From Mobula hypostoma (taxonomy: Eukaryota), in NCBI RefSeq assembly GCF_963921235.1, contig NC_086108.1, forward strand, positions 3,906,001-3,970,000: a stretch of 64,000 nucleotides of DNA, given 5' to 3'. The position numbers and the translations under genes are program-made. A model generated the notes under the pieces. It was not told the origin of the DNA. It did no database searches and worked only from the letters and a program-made list of their open reading frames with translations. Within the stretch, counting starts at the first letter, position 1. Every line of letters starts with the position of its first letter. Below, piece by piece: positions 34,651 through 48,700 of this stretch.

Positions 34651-36439
34651 AAGTGTAAAGCAAGCGTGCTTAACCCCCTGCTCTAGTTATGACTGTGAGG
34701 CTAAGCGCAGCTTCAATCGCATTTAACTTTCCTGATGATGCTAATGTTGTAGACCGAAGCAAAGATGATGGAATAAGCATATAAGAGGGAGGTTGAAAAT
34801 CTGCCTGAGTGGTTCCACGATAACAACATCTCACTCAACATCAGCAAGACCAAGGAGCTGATAAGTGAATTCAGGAGGAGGAAATCAGAGGTCCATGAAC
34901 CAGTCCTCATCGGGGGATCAGAGGTGGAGACAGTCAGCAACACACAGAAAATGCTGGCGGAACTCAGCAGGTCAGGCGTCATCTGTGGAGGGAAATAAAC
35001 AGTCGTGTTTTGGGCCAAGACCCTCCTCCAGGACCAGAAATGAAGGGGGAAGATGCCATAATAAGAAGGTGGGGGGAAGGGAAGGCGAATAACTGGAAGG
35101 TGATGGGTGAAACCAGGTGGGTGGGAAAGGTCAAGAGCTAGAGAGGAAGGAATCTGATACGAGAGTGGACCGTTGGAGAAAGGGAAGGGAGGGGACCCAT
35201 GGGGAGGTGATAGGCAGATGAAAAGAGATGTTATCATTTCAGAGGACCTGTCATGGGTTCAGCACACAAATGCTATTCTGGAGAAAGCATGGCAGCACCT
35301 CTACTTCATTTGGAGTTTGTGAAGATTCGGTGCGACATCTAAAACTTTGACAAACTCCTATAGATGTGTGATGGAGTGTATATTGACAGGTGTTAGAATT
35401 CTGGTAAATTTGATCGTCTCAAAATCCTGTATTTCCACAAGCAAGGGCTGCTCAGACAAAATGTCTGCTTCTCCCCGGGGGTGAAGGGCTTGCGAATCAG
35501 GATCATGGGCTGGCTCAGGTCGTCAGGATTCTCGACCTGATGATATCTGACCTCAGTAGTTGCCATCCCAACAGATTTTCCTGGGGATAATCTATCCCTC
35601 AAATATTTCCCAAAATATACAGAGGCCTCCATAGGTCAGGGTTGACCATGGATATTGCGTCCTAGCTGTCTAGATATGTAAGCCAAGGCAGTACGATATG
35701 GAGAGTGAGCTGCTGCCCATGTAGCCAGCTCCCCCTATCCATTCATCTGATGAACCCAAATGAATGGCATGGACTGGTACAGTTTGGCACCAGCAGCATT
35801 GCAGGAGTTGCCAGTCAGTGTTGAACTCAATGTAAGGTGTCTTAGGGACTCCCCTTGTGGTTTCCTCCTGAAGCCTTCCCTATGAGTGGGTATAGCTAAA
35901 AGGCAATGGAGGTTTGAGGTCAGAGTTTTCCTTCTCCTAGATGAGCTACCAACCACGGCTGACAGGCCCCATCTGTCCAAAGTGACTGGTTTTAAGGCAC
36001 CAGTAACCCGCCTTTGCCCCTTCTCCTATCAGTAGAAACGGTTCCGCCGGACTTAGTAGCTAAGCCACACGTGAAGGCCCGGGAGCTGGACTTGGTTGTG
36101 TCAGAGGCTATTTGAGGCGCACGCCACTGGGAGCATTTAATAGGTAGTGGGAGCTTGTCACCATTACCACCCCCGGCTATAACAACCTTAAGGAACCAAA
36201 ATACAAAGAATGGATACAAAATGAAACAGTACATACTTAAAACCATAGAATATGTACTCTGCAATCTTCCACTTCTGTGCTGCTGAACTCATGCCTGTTG
36301 TATTCCCTTGCATTTAAACTGGTTGTTACCAAGGTTTCAGACTTGCTCTGAAACACGTAGAAGTACTTAGAAGTCCCAACAAGGGAGTGTGTTGTTCTCA
36401 GGGAATGAGGCAGGGCAGCTGTCAGATGTTTATGCAGGG

Positions 36440-37400
36440 AACACCTTGCATCTAGTGATCATAATGCCTTCAGTCTGAAGGTAATATAGAAAAGGATAGG
36501 TCTGGTCTGCGGGCTGAGATTCTGAATTGGAGAAAGACCAATTTTGATGGTTTCAGAAAGGATCTGGCAAGTGTGGGTTGGGACAGGCTGTTTTCTGGCA
36601 AAGGTGTACTTGGTAAGTGGTAGGTCTTCAAAAGTGAAATTTTGAGAGTTCAAAGCTTGAATGTGCCTGTCAGAATAAAAGGTAAAGATAACAGGTTTAG
36701 GGAACCTTGGTTTTCAAGAGAGGTCAAAGCCCTGCTTAAGAAGAAAAAAAGAGGTGCAGAGCAGGCATAAGCTGGTGGGAACAAATGAAGTACTTGAGTA
36801 CACTTAAGGAATAAATCAGGAGAGCTAAAAGAGGGCGTGAGGTTGCTTTAGCAGACAGGTGACGGAGAATCCAAAGGGATTCTACAGGAATGGTAATGGC
36901 GCTGAGGAGTGCAGTAGAACAAAGTGGTTTGGGAATTCTGGTCCATAATCCATGGAAAGTAGCAGAGCAGGTAGATAGGGTCATAAAGAAAGCTTTTGGC
37001 ACATTGGCCTTCATAAATCAAAGTTATGAGTACAGGAGATGGAATGTTATGTTGAAGTTGTGTAAAAGGTTGGTGAGGCCTAATTTGGAGTATTGTGTGC
37101 AATTTTGGTCACCTACCTACTGGAAAGATGTAAATAATGTTGAAAGAGTCCAGAGAAAATTTACAAAGATGTTGCTGGGTCTGGAGGAACTGAATTATAA
37201 GGATAGATGGAATAGGTTAGGACTTTATTCCTTGGTACATAGAAGATTGAGGGGAGATTTGATAGAGGCATACAACACTAATGAGGGGTATAGATAAGGT
37301 AAATACAGGCAGCCTTTTTTCTACTGAGGTTGTGTGGGACTACAACTAGAGGTTATGGGTTAAGGATGAAAGATGAAGGGGAACATGAGGGGAAACTCCT
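36440..37400 (+). mobile_element. Degenerate CR1 fragment
   Basis: ORF 36890-37297, LVRPNLEYCVQFWSP. Confidence 0.85.
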
Positions 37401-37540
37401 ATGTCTTATGGTCTACAAATGTTTTGAAAATTTTGACTGCCTTAGCACTACCAGGAGATGAGAAGGTCTGACTAAAAGATTAGTGTCCCGTGTGTTTGGA
37501 CTTTTCACTGATTCCTTATCTTCCATTGACTTTTGCCTAG

Positions 37541-37607
37541 CTAAGCGACCGAGCTCGGGAAAGAAAAGTTCCTTCTTCACGAATCAGTCGACTGGCCAAC
37601 TTTGGAG
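37541..37607 (+). CDS. COQ8B: COQ8B coding exon: [22 protein letters not shown](G)
   Basis: Acceptor cctAG, donor GAG|GTAAGC. 67 nt, phase 0/1. Matches COQ8B [22 protein letters not shown] better than COQ8A KVPVTRIGR. Confidence 0.95.
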
Positions 37608-37717
37608 GTAAGCAATGGATGTGACCTTAGAACACAAGAGTATTTTGGCAGCGGATTCCTCTGTTTCTGTTTTGTGGAGGTGTGCACTGAGATACATCTC
37701 TCTGCTTTTGTTGACAG

Positions 37718-37795
37718 GTTTGGCAGTAAGTTTGAGCATCAGTGCCTTAGCAGAAGTAGCCAAAAAGTCATTGAATGGGAGACAGACATCGAACG
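37718..37795 (+). CDS. COQ8B: COQ8B coding exon, transmembrane segment: (G)LAVSLSISALAEVAKKSLNGRQTSN(G)
   Basis: Follows a 110-bp intron. Acceptor gacAG, donor ACG|GTGAGC. 78 nt, phase 1/1. Confidence 0.93.
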
Positions 37796-39039
37796 GTGAG
37801 CTCTTGCTTCAGAGCTAGAAGTCCAGATAGATTTTATCATAGCATCTCATTGTTATTGTTAAATCTGCGGTAGCAGTACGATGCAATATATGATAAATAT
37901 AGGAAAAAAGCTGTAAATTGAAGTGTATATATGTATGTATTAAATAGTTAAATAAGTAATGCAAAAATAGAAAATAAAAGTAGTGTTTATGGGTTCAATG
38001 TCCATTCAGAAATTGGATGACAGAGGGGAAGAAGCTGTTCCTGAATCATTGAGTTTGTGCCTTCAGGCTTCTGTACTTCCTCCCTGTTGGTAGCAATGAG
38101 GAGAGGGCATGTCCTGGGTGATGGGGGTCCTCCATGATGAATGCTGCCTTTCTGAGGCACTGTTCGAATGACAATAAATAATCTTGAATCCTGAATTCAG
38201 TGCCGAGTGAGGTCAAGATTAAAATGAGGTTTAATATCACTCACATATGTTGTGAAATTTAATTTTTTGCAGCAGCAGTACATTAAAAAACTATAAACTA
38301 CAGTATGAAAAATGCATAAAAAGTAGTGAAATCATTTCAATTTCACTCTCGGCCACTTCTGACATCTCCAAGCCTGAACGCTTGAAAGCACACAGTTCTG
38401 AATTGTCTGCTTATTTCTTGCCAACTATCAGTGACAAAAAAATATACAGAATGAAATTAGATTAGTGAGGTAGTGGTCATGGGCTGGTTCATTGTCCGTT
38501 CAGAAATCTGATGGTGGAGGGGAAGAAGCTGTTTCTAAAGCATTGAAGAGTTAAAGGGCCATTAAAACAAAAACATCACTCTATCTTATAAATTTCTTCC
38601 CCCCAGGCAGTTAATCTGATCAACCATTCTAACTTCTCCCCCACCACCCCTCCTATCCACTGCATTGTAAACACTTTAAACCACTTTAAGCAGCTCTTTG
38701 CATTTTATTCCATATTTGCACTTTAATTTTAGTTTTTATATAATTATAATTGTTGAATTTTGTTTTTGTTGCATGTTGTGCCCTGAACCAAATACCATAG
38801 CAAATTCCTAATACATGTAAGTGAGTTAATCCTTGATATTGGGCAAATGTTTGGGGGTCCTTGGAAAAGTAATGGATGTTGTGGATGAAGAGGGGATGTT
38901 GGAAAGCATTTGGAAGATTTGAGTGTTATGGGGAATTGGCACAGAAGAAGTGTTGAGGTCAATAAAAACCAGCCATGATTGAGTGGATGAAGCGGGGTTG
39001 AGGGGCCAATTGGCCTATCCCTGTTTCTTTCAGCCTGGT

Positions 39040-39585
39040 ATGGAAACACCAATGCCCTTGAACAGAAAATGCTCCAAAATGTAGTGGATATGTTTCAGCC
39101 CATCCCCACCATGGAGCACATCGACACAAAGGGAGCACTGTTGCAGGAAAGCAGCATCCATGGTCAGGGATCCCTCGGCTATGCTTTCTTCTTGCTGCTG
39201 CGGTCAGGAAGAAGGTACAGGATCCTTAGAGCTCTCACCACCAGGTTCAGGAACAGTTATTACCCCTCACCTATCAGGCTGTTGAAACAATGTGGATAAC
39301 TTCATTCACCCCATTACTGACCTGTTCCTACAACCAATGGACTCACTTTCAAGGACTCTTCATCTCATGTTCTCGATATTTATTGCTTATTTATTTAGAA
39401 CTATTTTTTCCTTTTTTTTCATTTGTATTTGCAAGTTTGTTGTCTTATTCACATTGGTTGTTTATCTGTCCTGTTGGGTTTTTCATTAATTCTATTATGC
39501 TTTTTGGATTTACTGAGTATGCTTGCAAGAAAATGAATCCAGGGTTGTACAAGGTGACATATATGTACTTTGATAATAAATTTTT
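39040..39585 (+). mobile_element. Rex1/Babar-type LINE 3' fragment
   Basis: SGRRYRILRALTTRFRNSYYPSPIRLL followed by the 3' UTR. Confidence 0.8.
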
Positions 39586-40530
39586 GGGCTGATGGAGCGA
39601 TCTGGGGCTTTGCTGTCTCTGAGTGAGTTTGGTGAGGTTTTGTGCGAAGTGTGTGGCCCAGAGGTCAAGAAGCCTGGAGATGGGGCATAATCCCACAATC
39701 GACTCTATTTCTTGTTGATCATACCAATTAAAGCATCGAGGAAGATGGAAATCAACAAGGACGCGAGTGGAAGGCAGGCGGGTGTTCAGCACCATGTAAT
39801 GGGTCTCTCTCGCTCCCGTCCACTGCTCCAGAGGAAGGTGCTTGCATTTGACTGGTCTCTCTCTCTCCCCCCTCTCACTCAATGGTGCCAGGGTCTTGGG
39901 CGAGCTTTAATTGACAGTTTGTGGATTGGACTCTAGTTCATATCATGGTTTCTGGTCGCTCCTTTTCTTTTGTTCCTGTATTGTGTCATTTTTTTGCTTG
40001 GGTCAGACTAGCGCTGTGGCCTGCAGATAGCGAGTGAACTGAGCTGATCTGAATATACCTGAATTCTTTCGAAGACTTTATGATTTGGTGTTTTGTATTC
40101 TGTGTCTTTCACTCTTTTCCTGCCATTTGTGCGATTTGTTCTTTTTTATTGCGCATTATTGGGCTTTTGATGCTTTTCTTTGAATAGGTTTGTTCCATGG
40201 TGTTTCTTTGTTTCGTGGCTGTCTGTAGGAAGACGAGTATCAGGGTTGTATACTGATTACATACTTCGATAATAAGCGTACTGCGTATCTTTGAAATTTA
40301 CTTGAACTTTATGATTTTATGCTGAGTTTTTTGAACATTTTCTGTTTTCATTTTAGATTTCCAGCTGATATTTTGTTTTATAAGTTAGTGAATCAAATAA
40401 GCAGCTTTATTTTCTCTGCTGTAATGAATTGTGAATTCACTCATGCAGTGTTGGCAAAGGTTCTATTGGCCTGAATTTGTAGCTTGCTTCTGTGCCTCAC
40501 TAATCCTCTGTTATCCTTGTGTCGGCACAG

Positions 40531-40653
40531 GTAATAAGGCGCTCCTTGACTCCAACCCCTTCCTCTCAGAGGCTAATGCGGAACGAATCGTTGACACCTT
40601 GTGCAAGGTGCGAGGAGCCGCACTGAAGATTGGACAGATGCTGAGCATCCAGG
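40531..40653 (+). CDS. COQ8B: COQ8B coding exon with the KxGQ motif: [40 protein letters not shown]
   Basis: UbiB-family KxGQ motif. Acceptor cacAG, donor CAGG|GTACAT. 123 nt, phase 1/1. Confidence 0.96.
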
Positions 40654-41059
40654 GTACATTTTTACTGGGCACACACCCCTTTCAACCTTGTTGCCACTTT
40701 CTTTCTGACCAGCTGTTTCCCTTTAGTGGCACACCAGGGTACCCGATCCCTTCCCCATTCCCCATTACTGGTAGAGTTGGTGTTTATATATTCGTTTATA
40801 TAGATATAGCATGGTATCAGGCCCTTCCAGACCAATGAGCCCATTCCACCAATTACAGCCCGGTGATCAATTAACTAACCAACTTTGGACTGTGGGAGGA
40901 AACTGGAGCACCTGGCGGAAACCCATGTGGTCATGGGAGAACATACAAACTCCATACAGACATTGATAGGAATTGAACCCAGGTCGCCAGCACTGTAATT
41001 GCGTTAAGCAAACCGCTAAGCTATTGTGTAGCTTCTGTGACCCTGATTCTCAGCTAGCT

Positions 41060-42510
41060 CAACTACAAGGATGTTGCTGGGACTGGAGTTACAAGGAAAG
41101 ATTCAATTAGTTAGAACTTTATTCCTTGGAACGTAGAACACTGAAGGGAGATTTGATAGAGGTATTCAAAATTATGAGGCATATAGATAGGATAAATGTA
41201 GGCACTGAGGTTGTGCGGGACTACAACCAGAGGTCGTGAGTTAAGGGTAAAGGTGAAAGTCTAAGGGGAACATGAGGAGAAACGTCTTCACTTAGAGGGT
41301 GGAGAGAGTGTGGAACGAGCTGCCAGGACAAGTGGTGAATGCGAGCTCGATTTCAATGTTTAAGAGCAGTTTGGGTGGGTACATGGATGGGAGAGGTATG
41401 GAGGGCTACGGTCCGGGGTGTAGGTTGATGGGACAAGGCAGTCTAAATTGTTCAGCATGGAGTAGATGGAACGAAAGGCCTGTTTATGTGCTGTACTTCT
41501 CTGTGACTCTATCTGCTCAATTCAAGGGCATTTAGGGTGGGTAATAATAGACAGCATTGCCAGTGGCATTGGCATCATGTGAACAAGCACTCTGAATAAA
41601 TAGAATAACAACACCAGTTGGGAGGAGTGTTTGAGGTCTCTGGGCCTGTACTCACTGGACTTTGGAGAATGAGGCGACCGGAGGGGGAAAGAGGCTATTG
41701 AAGGGCCTGGATAGAGTGGGTGTGGAGAGGCTCTTTCCAGTAGTGGGAGAGTCTAGGTCTAGAGGGCACAGTCTCAGAATAGAAGGGCATCCCTTTAGAA
41801 CAGAGATGAGGACGAATTTCTTTAGCCAGAGTGTGGTGAATCTATTTATTGAGATCTGGACCTTCGAGCCATGTCACCCAGCAATCCTCTGATTGAATCC
41901 TAGCCTAATTTCTGTAGCCAGAGAGTTGTGAATTTGTGGAATTTGTTACCTCAGCCAGCTGTGGAGGCCAGGTCATTGGGTGTATTTAAGGCAGAAATTA
42001 ATGGGTTCTTGATTGGGCATGGCATCAAAGGTTACAGGGAGAAGGCTGGGGAGTGGGTTTGAGGAGAGGGAGAAAAGGATTAGCCATGACTGAACGCCAG
42101 AGCAGACTCGATGGGGCCAAATGGCCTAATTCTGCTCCAATGTCTTATGGTTTTATGGTCTAATCACGGGACAATTTACAATATCCAATTAACCTCCCAA
42201 CTGGCACGCCTTTGGACTGTGGGAGGAAACTGGAGCACTCGGAGGAAACCCACGCGGTCACAGTGAGAATGTACAAACTCATTACAGACAGCGGCAGAAA
42301 TTGAACTGGGGTCGCCTCATTGCCACAGGCGGTTGTGGAGGCCAAGTCATTGGGTGTATTTAAAGTGGAGTTTGATAGTTTCTTGATTAGGGCATCAAAG
42401 GTTACGGGGAAAAAGCAGGAGAAAGGGATTGAAGCAGTTAATAAATCAGCCATGATAGATTCAATGGGCTGAGTGCCCCAATTCGGCTCCTTTGTGTTAT
42501 GGTCTCATAG
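41060..42510 (+). mobile_element. Cluster of CR1 3' fragments with interleaved SINE pieces
   Basis: RVWNELP and SRGHSLRIEG..NFFSQ segments with CR1 3' UTRs. Confidence 0.75.
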
Positions 42511-43478
42511 TGTTTTGTGGTTAGTGAAACAGAAGCGAAGTTTGATGCAGCGCCAGAGCAAGTAGCAGATGCTGCAAATGGTGTATGCATGGACTAGATG
42601 GGCTAAAGGGCTTGTTTCTGTGCTGTTCTTTTCTATGACCCAGCTTCCACTCTAACAACACACAAGCTAATGGAGGCACTGAGGCGGCATCTGTGGAAGG
42701 AAATGGTTGACGTTTTGGGTCGAGATTCATTTGATTCATAATGTCGACTGTCCACTTCCCTCCCCAGATGCTGCCTGACCCTCTGATTTTCTGCGGTATC
42801 TTGTGAGTTGCTCCAGATTACAGCACATGCGGTCTCCTCTGTTTCTGCTGTGCTCTACTGATGAAGTTGAAGTCTTAGATGTAATGGACATGGAGAGGAT
42901 GCTTCCTATAGTTGGGGGAGTCTCGGACCAGAGGCCACAGCCTCAGAATAGAGCAGGGGTTCCCAACCAATTTTTTAAATGCCATGGACTAGTACTATCA
43001 AGCAAGGAGCCCGTGGATAGAGTGAAACAGAGGGTCTGAATGGTCTTGTAGCTGAAACATCAAATCTGGCCAGGACACCAGAACCCAAACCCCACTATGT
43101 TTTGAAATAGCTCACCATGAGACATCGGAACAGAATTAGGCCATTCAATAATGGCTGACTTATTTTTCCATTCAATCCCATTCTCCTGCCGTTCTGATTG
43201 AGTCCCATTGAAAATACTTAGGGGAAAGAGATACATCTTCCTTGTATATTTCTGGAGCCATCCATCAACACTGTAACAAAAAGAGATGTATTTTTGGGTA
43301 CCTGACTTTGGAACAGACTATTCAAAGGGGGTCTGCTTATTTATGTGAAACTTCTTCACCCACCTGGAGAGAGCAATCAGAATTGGAGCTGGAACATCTC
43401 CAATAATATATTTCAATTTGATTACTCTGGATGAGTAATTAGTAATATTGGTGTCTGCAGAGGAAGGATAACTAAGAA

Positions 43479-44100
43479 ACAATTTGCCCATGAGATGTAG
43501 GAGCAGAATTAGGCCATTCGGCCCATCAAGACTTCTCCGCCATTTCATCATGGCTGATCCATTTCCTCTCTTCTGCCTTCTCCCCAAATCCCCCCATGCC
43601 CTGACTAATTAAGAATCTATCAACCTCTGCCTTAGATATACCCAATGACCAGGTCTCCACAGCATCCTGTGGCAACAAATTTTACAGGTTCACCACCTTC
43701 TGGCTAAGAAAAATTCCTTCTCGTCTCCACTCTAAAAGGATGTCCCTCTATACAGAGGCTGTGTTCTCTGGTCTTAGACTCCCTCCACCCTAGGAAACAT
43801 CCTCTCCACATCCACTCTATTGAGACCTTTCAACATGCAATAGGTTTCAATGAGGTCACCGCTTAATCTTCTGAATTCCAGTGAGTACAGACTCAGAGCC
43901 ATCAAATGCTTGTCATATGACAAGCCTCTGAAAACAATACTCCTAGTGAGGCTTCACCAGTGCTTTATAAAGCCTCAACATTACATCCTTGCTTTAATAT
44001 TCTCGTCCTCTCAAAATGAATGCTAGCATCACATTTGCCTTCCTCACCACAGACTCAATCTGCAAATTAACCTTCAGGGAATCCTGCATGAGGACTCCCA
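43479..44100 (-). mobile_element. CR1 3' fragment
   Basis: Reverse complement of the CR1 3' UTR and ORF2 end. Confidence 0.85.
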
Positions 44101-44544
44101 AAGAATATTCGACGTTTCGTCGTTCACTTCAAATACTTGGTGGAATTGTGTAATATTGATCTTGTTTTAAAATAATTAACGTTATCGACTGTCTAATTAC
44201 AATCTGATCCGCACTGACCTTGCAAGTTTTTACCTCAGCTTTTGGACCTCGAAGGCCAGAATAAAGCCAGATATGCCTGTCCTAAGGTTTAATTATGAGA
44301 AAAGATTACACAGACTAATCTTGTGTTCCCTGGAGGCAAAGGTTAAGTGGTGATTTGGATTTTAGAATCTTGAAAGTAATTGATTAGATGGTTGGCGGAG
44401 CATAGAACAGGGAAATATAATATCTAATCTCTGATGGAGGTAAACATAGATCGAATGGACAGCCAAAGACTTTTTCCAAGTGCAGAAATGGCTAATACCA
44501 AGAGAGGGGATAGTTTTAAGGTGATTGGAGAATAGATGTCAGAG

Positions 44545-45076
44545 AGTCCCTTATCTAAGAAAAGGATGTGCTGATGGAAAGGGTTCAAAGGAGGTTCATA
44601 AAATTGATTCCAGGATTGAAAGGCTTGTCATATGAGGAATGTTTAATGGCTGTGGGTCTGTACTCACTGGAATTCAGAAGAATGGTGGGTGACGTCATTG
44701 AAATCTATCGAATGTTGAAAGGCCTCGATAGAGTGAATGTGGAGGGGATGTTTCTTATGGTGGGAGAGTCTAAGAGCAGAGGACACAGTCTCAGAATAGA
44801 GGGACGTCCTTTTAGAACTAAGATGAGGAATTTCCTTTGCCAGAGGGTGCAGAATCTGTAGAATTTGTTGCCACAGGCAAGCTGTGAAGGCCAAGTCATT
44901 GGGTATGTTTAAGGTAAAGCTTGATAGATTCTTGATTAGTCATGGTATGAAGGGATACGGGGAGAAGGCAGGAGATTGGGGCTGAGAGAGGAAGTGATCA
45001 GCCATGATGAAATGTCAGAGAAGATTCGATGGGCCGAATGGCCTAATTCTGCTCCTATATCTTATGGGCAAATTGT
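44545..45076 (+). mobile_element. CR1 3' fragment, inverted partner of 43479-44100
   Basis: ORF 44568-44861. Confidence 0.88.
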
Positions 45077-45092
45077 ACTCCCCCACAGTAAA

Positions 45093-45728
45093 GAGAGCTT
45101 TTGGTACATTGGCCTTTATAAATCAAAGTATTGAATACAAGAGTTGGAATGTTATGGTGAGGTTGTATAAGGCATAGGTGAGGCCGAATTTGGAGTATTG
45201 TGTGCAGTTTTGGTCACCAAATTACAGGAAGAATATTAATAAGGTTGAAAGAGTGCAGAGAAGGTTTACAAGAATGCTGCCGGGACTTGAGAAACTCAGT
45301 TACAGAGAAAGGTTGAATAGGTTAGGACTTTATTCCCTGGAGCGTAGAAGAATGAGGGGAGATTTGATAGAGATATATAAAATTATGATGGGTATAGATA
45401 GAGTGAATGCAAGCAGGCTTTTTCCACTGCGGCTAGAGGAGAAAAAAACCAGAGGACATGGGTTAAGGGTGACGGGGAAAAGTTTAAAGGGAACATTAGG
45501 GAGGGCTTCTTCACACAGAGTGGTGGGAGTGTGGAATGAGCTGCCAGATGAAGTGATAAATGCGGGCTCACTTTTAACATTTAAGAGAAACTTGGACAGG
45601 TACATGGATGAGAGGTGTATGGAGGGATGTGGTCCAGGTGCAGGTCAGTGGGACTAGGCAGAAAAATGGTTTGGCACAGCCAAGAAGGGCCAAAAGGCCT
45701 GTTTCAGTGCTGTAATGTTCTATGGTTC
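45093..45728 (+). mobile_element. CR1 3' fragment
   Basis: ORF 45178-45657 and a ttctatggtt tail. Confidence 0.9.
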
Positions 45729-45729
45729 A

Positions 45730-48700
45730 AATAACAAAGCCCATCCCCTCCCCAACGGTAAATTACAGCAACAATAACAATCTCTATCCCCTCCCCCTCA
45801 GTAAAATACAGCAACAATAACAATCCCCGACCCTCCCCCACAGTAAAATACAGCAACAATAACAATCCCCATCCCCTCCCCCACAGTAAGATACAATAAC
45901 AATAACAATACCCATCCCCTCCCTCACAGTAAAATACAGTAACAACAATCTCCATCCCCACCTCCTCAGTAATATACAGTAACAATAGCAATCCCTGACC
46001 CTCCCTCTCAGTAAAATACAGCAACAATAACAATCCCCATCCCCTTCCCCACAGTAAAATGCAGTAACAATAACAATCTCCATCCCAACCCCTCAGTAAA
46101 ATACAATAACAATAACAATCCCCATCCCCTCCCCCACAGTAAAATACAGTAACAATAACAATCTCCATCCCCACCTCCTCAGTAATATACAGTAACAATA
46201 ACAATCCCCATCCCCTCCCCCACAGTAAAATACAGTAACAATAACAATCCCCATCCCCTCCCCCACAGTAAAATACAGCAACAATAACAATCCCCGACCC
46301 TCCCCCACAGTAAAATACGACAATAACAATTCCTGTCCCCTCCCCCACAGTAAAATACAGTAACAATAACAATCCCCGTCCCTTACCCCACAGTAAAATA
46401 CAGCAACAATAACAATCCCCATCCCCTCCCCCACAGTAAGATACAATAACAATAACAATACCCATCCCCTCCCTCACAGTAAAATACAGTAACAACAATC
46501 TCCATCCCCACCTCCTCAGTAATATACAGTAACAATAGCAATCCCTGACCCTCCCCCTCAGTAAAATACAGCAACAATAACAATCCCCATCCCCTTCCCC
46601 ACAGTAAAATGCAGTAACAATAACAATCTCCATCCCAACCCCTCAGTAAAATACAGTAACAATAACAATCCCCATCCCCTCCCCCACAGTAAAATACAGT
46701 AACAATAACAATCCCCATCCCCTCCCCCACAGTAAAATACAGCAACAATAACAATCCCCATCCCCTCCCCCTCAGTAATATACAGTAACAATAACAGTCC
46801 CCATGCCCTCCCCCACAGTAAGATACAATAACAATAACAATCCCCATCCCCTCCCCCACAGTAAAATACAGTAACAATAACAATCCCCATCCCCTCCCCC
46901 ACAGTAAGATACAATAACAATACCCATCCCCTCCCTCACAGTAAAATACAGTAACAAAAATCTCCGTCCCCCCTCCTCAGTAATATACAGTAACAATAGC
47001 AATCCCTGATCCTCCCCCTCAGTAAAATACAGCAACAATAACAATCCCCATCCCCTCCCCCACAGTAAAATACAGTAACAATAACAATCCCCATCCCCAC
47101 AGTAAAATGCAGTAACAATCACAATCCCCATCCCCTCCCCCGCAGTAACCTCCCCCACAGTAAAATACAGTAACAATAACAATCCCCATCCCCTCCCCCA
47201 CAGTAAAATACAGTAACAATAACAATCCCCATCCCCACAGTAAAATGCAGTAACAATCACAATCCCCATCCCCTCCCCCGCAGTAACCTCCCCCACAGTA
47301 AAATACAGTAACAATAACAATCCCCATCCCCTCCCCCACAGTAAAATACAGTAACAATAACAATCCCCATCCCCACCCCCACAGTAAAATACAGTAACAA
47401 TAACAATCTCCATCCCCACCTCCTCAGTAATATACAGTAACAATAACAATCTCCGTCCCCACCTCCTCAGTAATATACAGTAACAATAGCAATCCCTGAT
47501 CCTCCCCCTCAGTAAAATACAGCAACAATAACAATCCCCATCCCCTCCCCCACAGTAAAATACAGTAACAATAACAATCTCCATCCCCACCTCCTCAGTA
47601 ATATACAGTAACAATAATAATCTCCGTCCCCACCTCCTCAGTAATATACAGTAACAATAGCAATCCCTGATCCTCCCCCTCAGTAAAATACAGCAACAAT
47701 AATAATCCCCATCCCCTCCCCCACAGTAAAATACAGTAACAATAACAATCCCCATCCCTTATCCCACAGTAAAATACAGCAACAATAACAATCCCCATCC
47801 CCTCCCCCACAGTAAAATACAGTAACAATAACAATCTCCGTCCCCACCTCCTCAGTAATATACAGTAACAATAGCAATCTCTGACCCTCCCCAACAGTAA
47901 AATACAATAACAATAACAATCACCATCCCCTCCCCCTCAGTAATATACAGTAACTATAGCAATCCCCGACCCTCCCCCTCAGTAAAATACAGTAACAATA
48001 ACAATCCCCATCCCCTCTCCCACAGTAAAATACAGTAACAATAACAATCCCCATCCCCTCCCCCACAGTAAAATACAGTAACAATAGCAATCCCCATCCC
48101 CTCTCCCACAGTAAAATACAGTAACAATAACAATCTCCATCCCCACCTTCGTAATATACAGTAACAATAACAATCCCCATCCCCTCCCCCACAGTAAAAT
48201 ACAGTAACAATAACAATCCCCATCTCCTCTCCCACAGTAAAATACAGTAACAATAACAATCCCCATCCCCTCTCCCACAGTAAAATACAGTAACAATAAC
48301 AATCCCCATCCCCTCTCCCACAGTAAAATACAGTAACAATAACAATCCCTGTCCCCTCCCCCACAGTAAAATACAGTAACAATAACAATCCGCATCCCCT
48401 CCCCCACAGTAAAATACACTAACAATAACAATCCCCGTCCCCTCCCCCACAGTAAAATACAGTAACAATAACAATCCCCGTCCCCACCCCACAGTAAAAT
48501 ACAGTAACAATAACAATCCTCATCCCCTCCCCAACAGTAAGATACAATAACAATCCCCATCCCCTCCCTCACAGTAAAATACAGTAACAATAACAATCTC
48601 CGTCCCCACCTCCTCAGTAATATACAGTAACAATAGCAATCCCTGACCCTCCCCCACAGTAAAATACAGTAACAACAATCCCATCCCCTCCCCACAGTAA

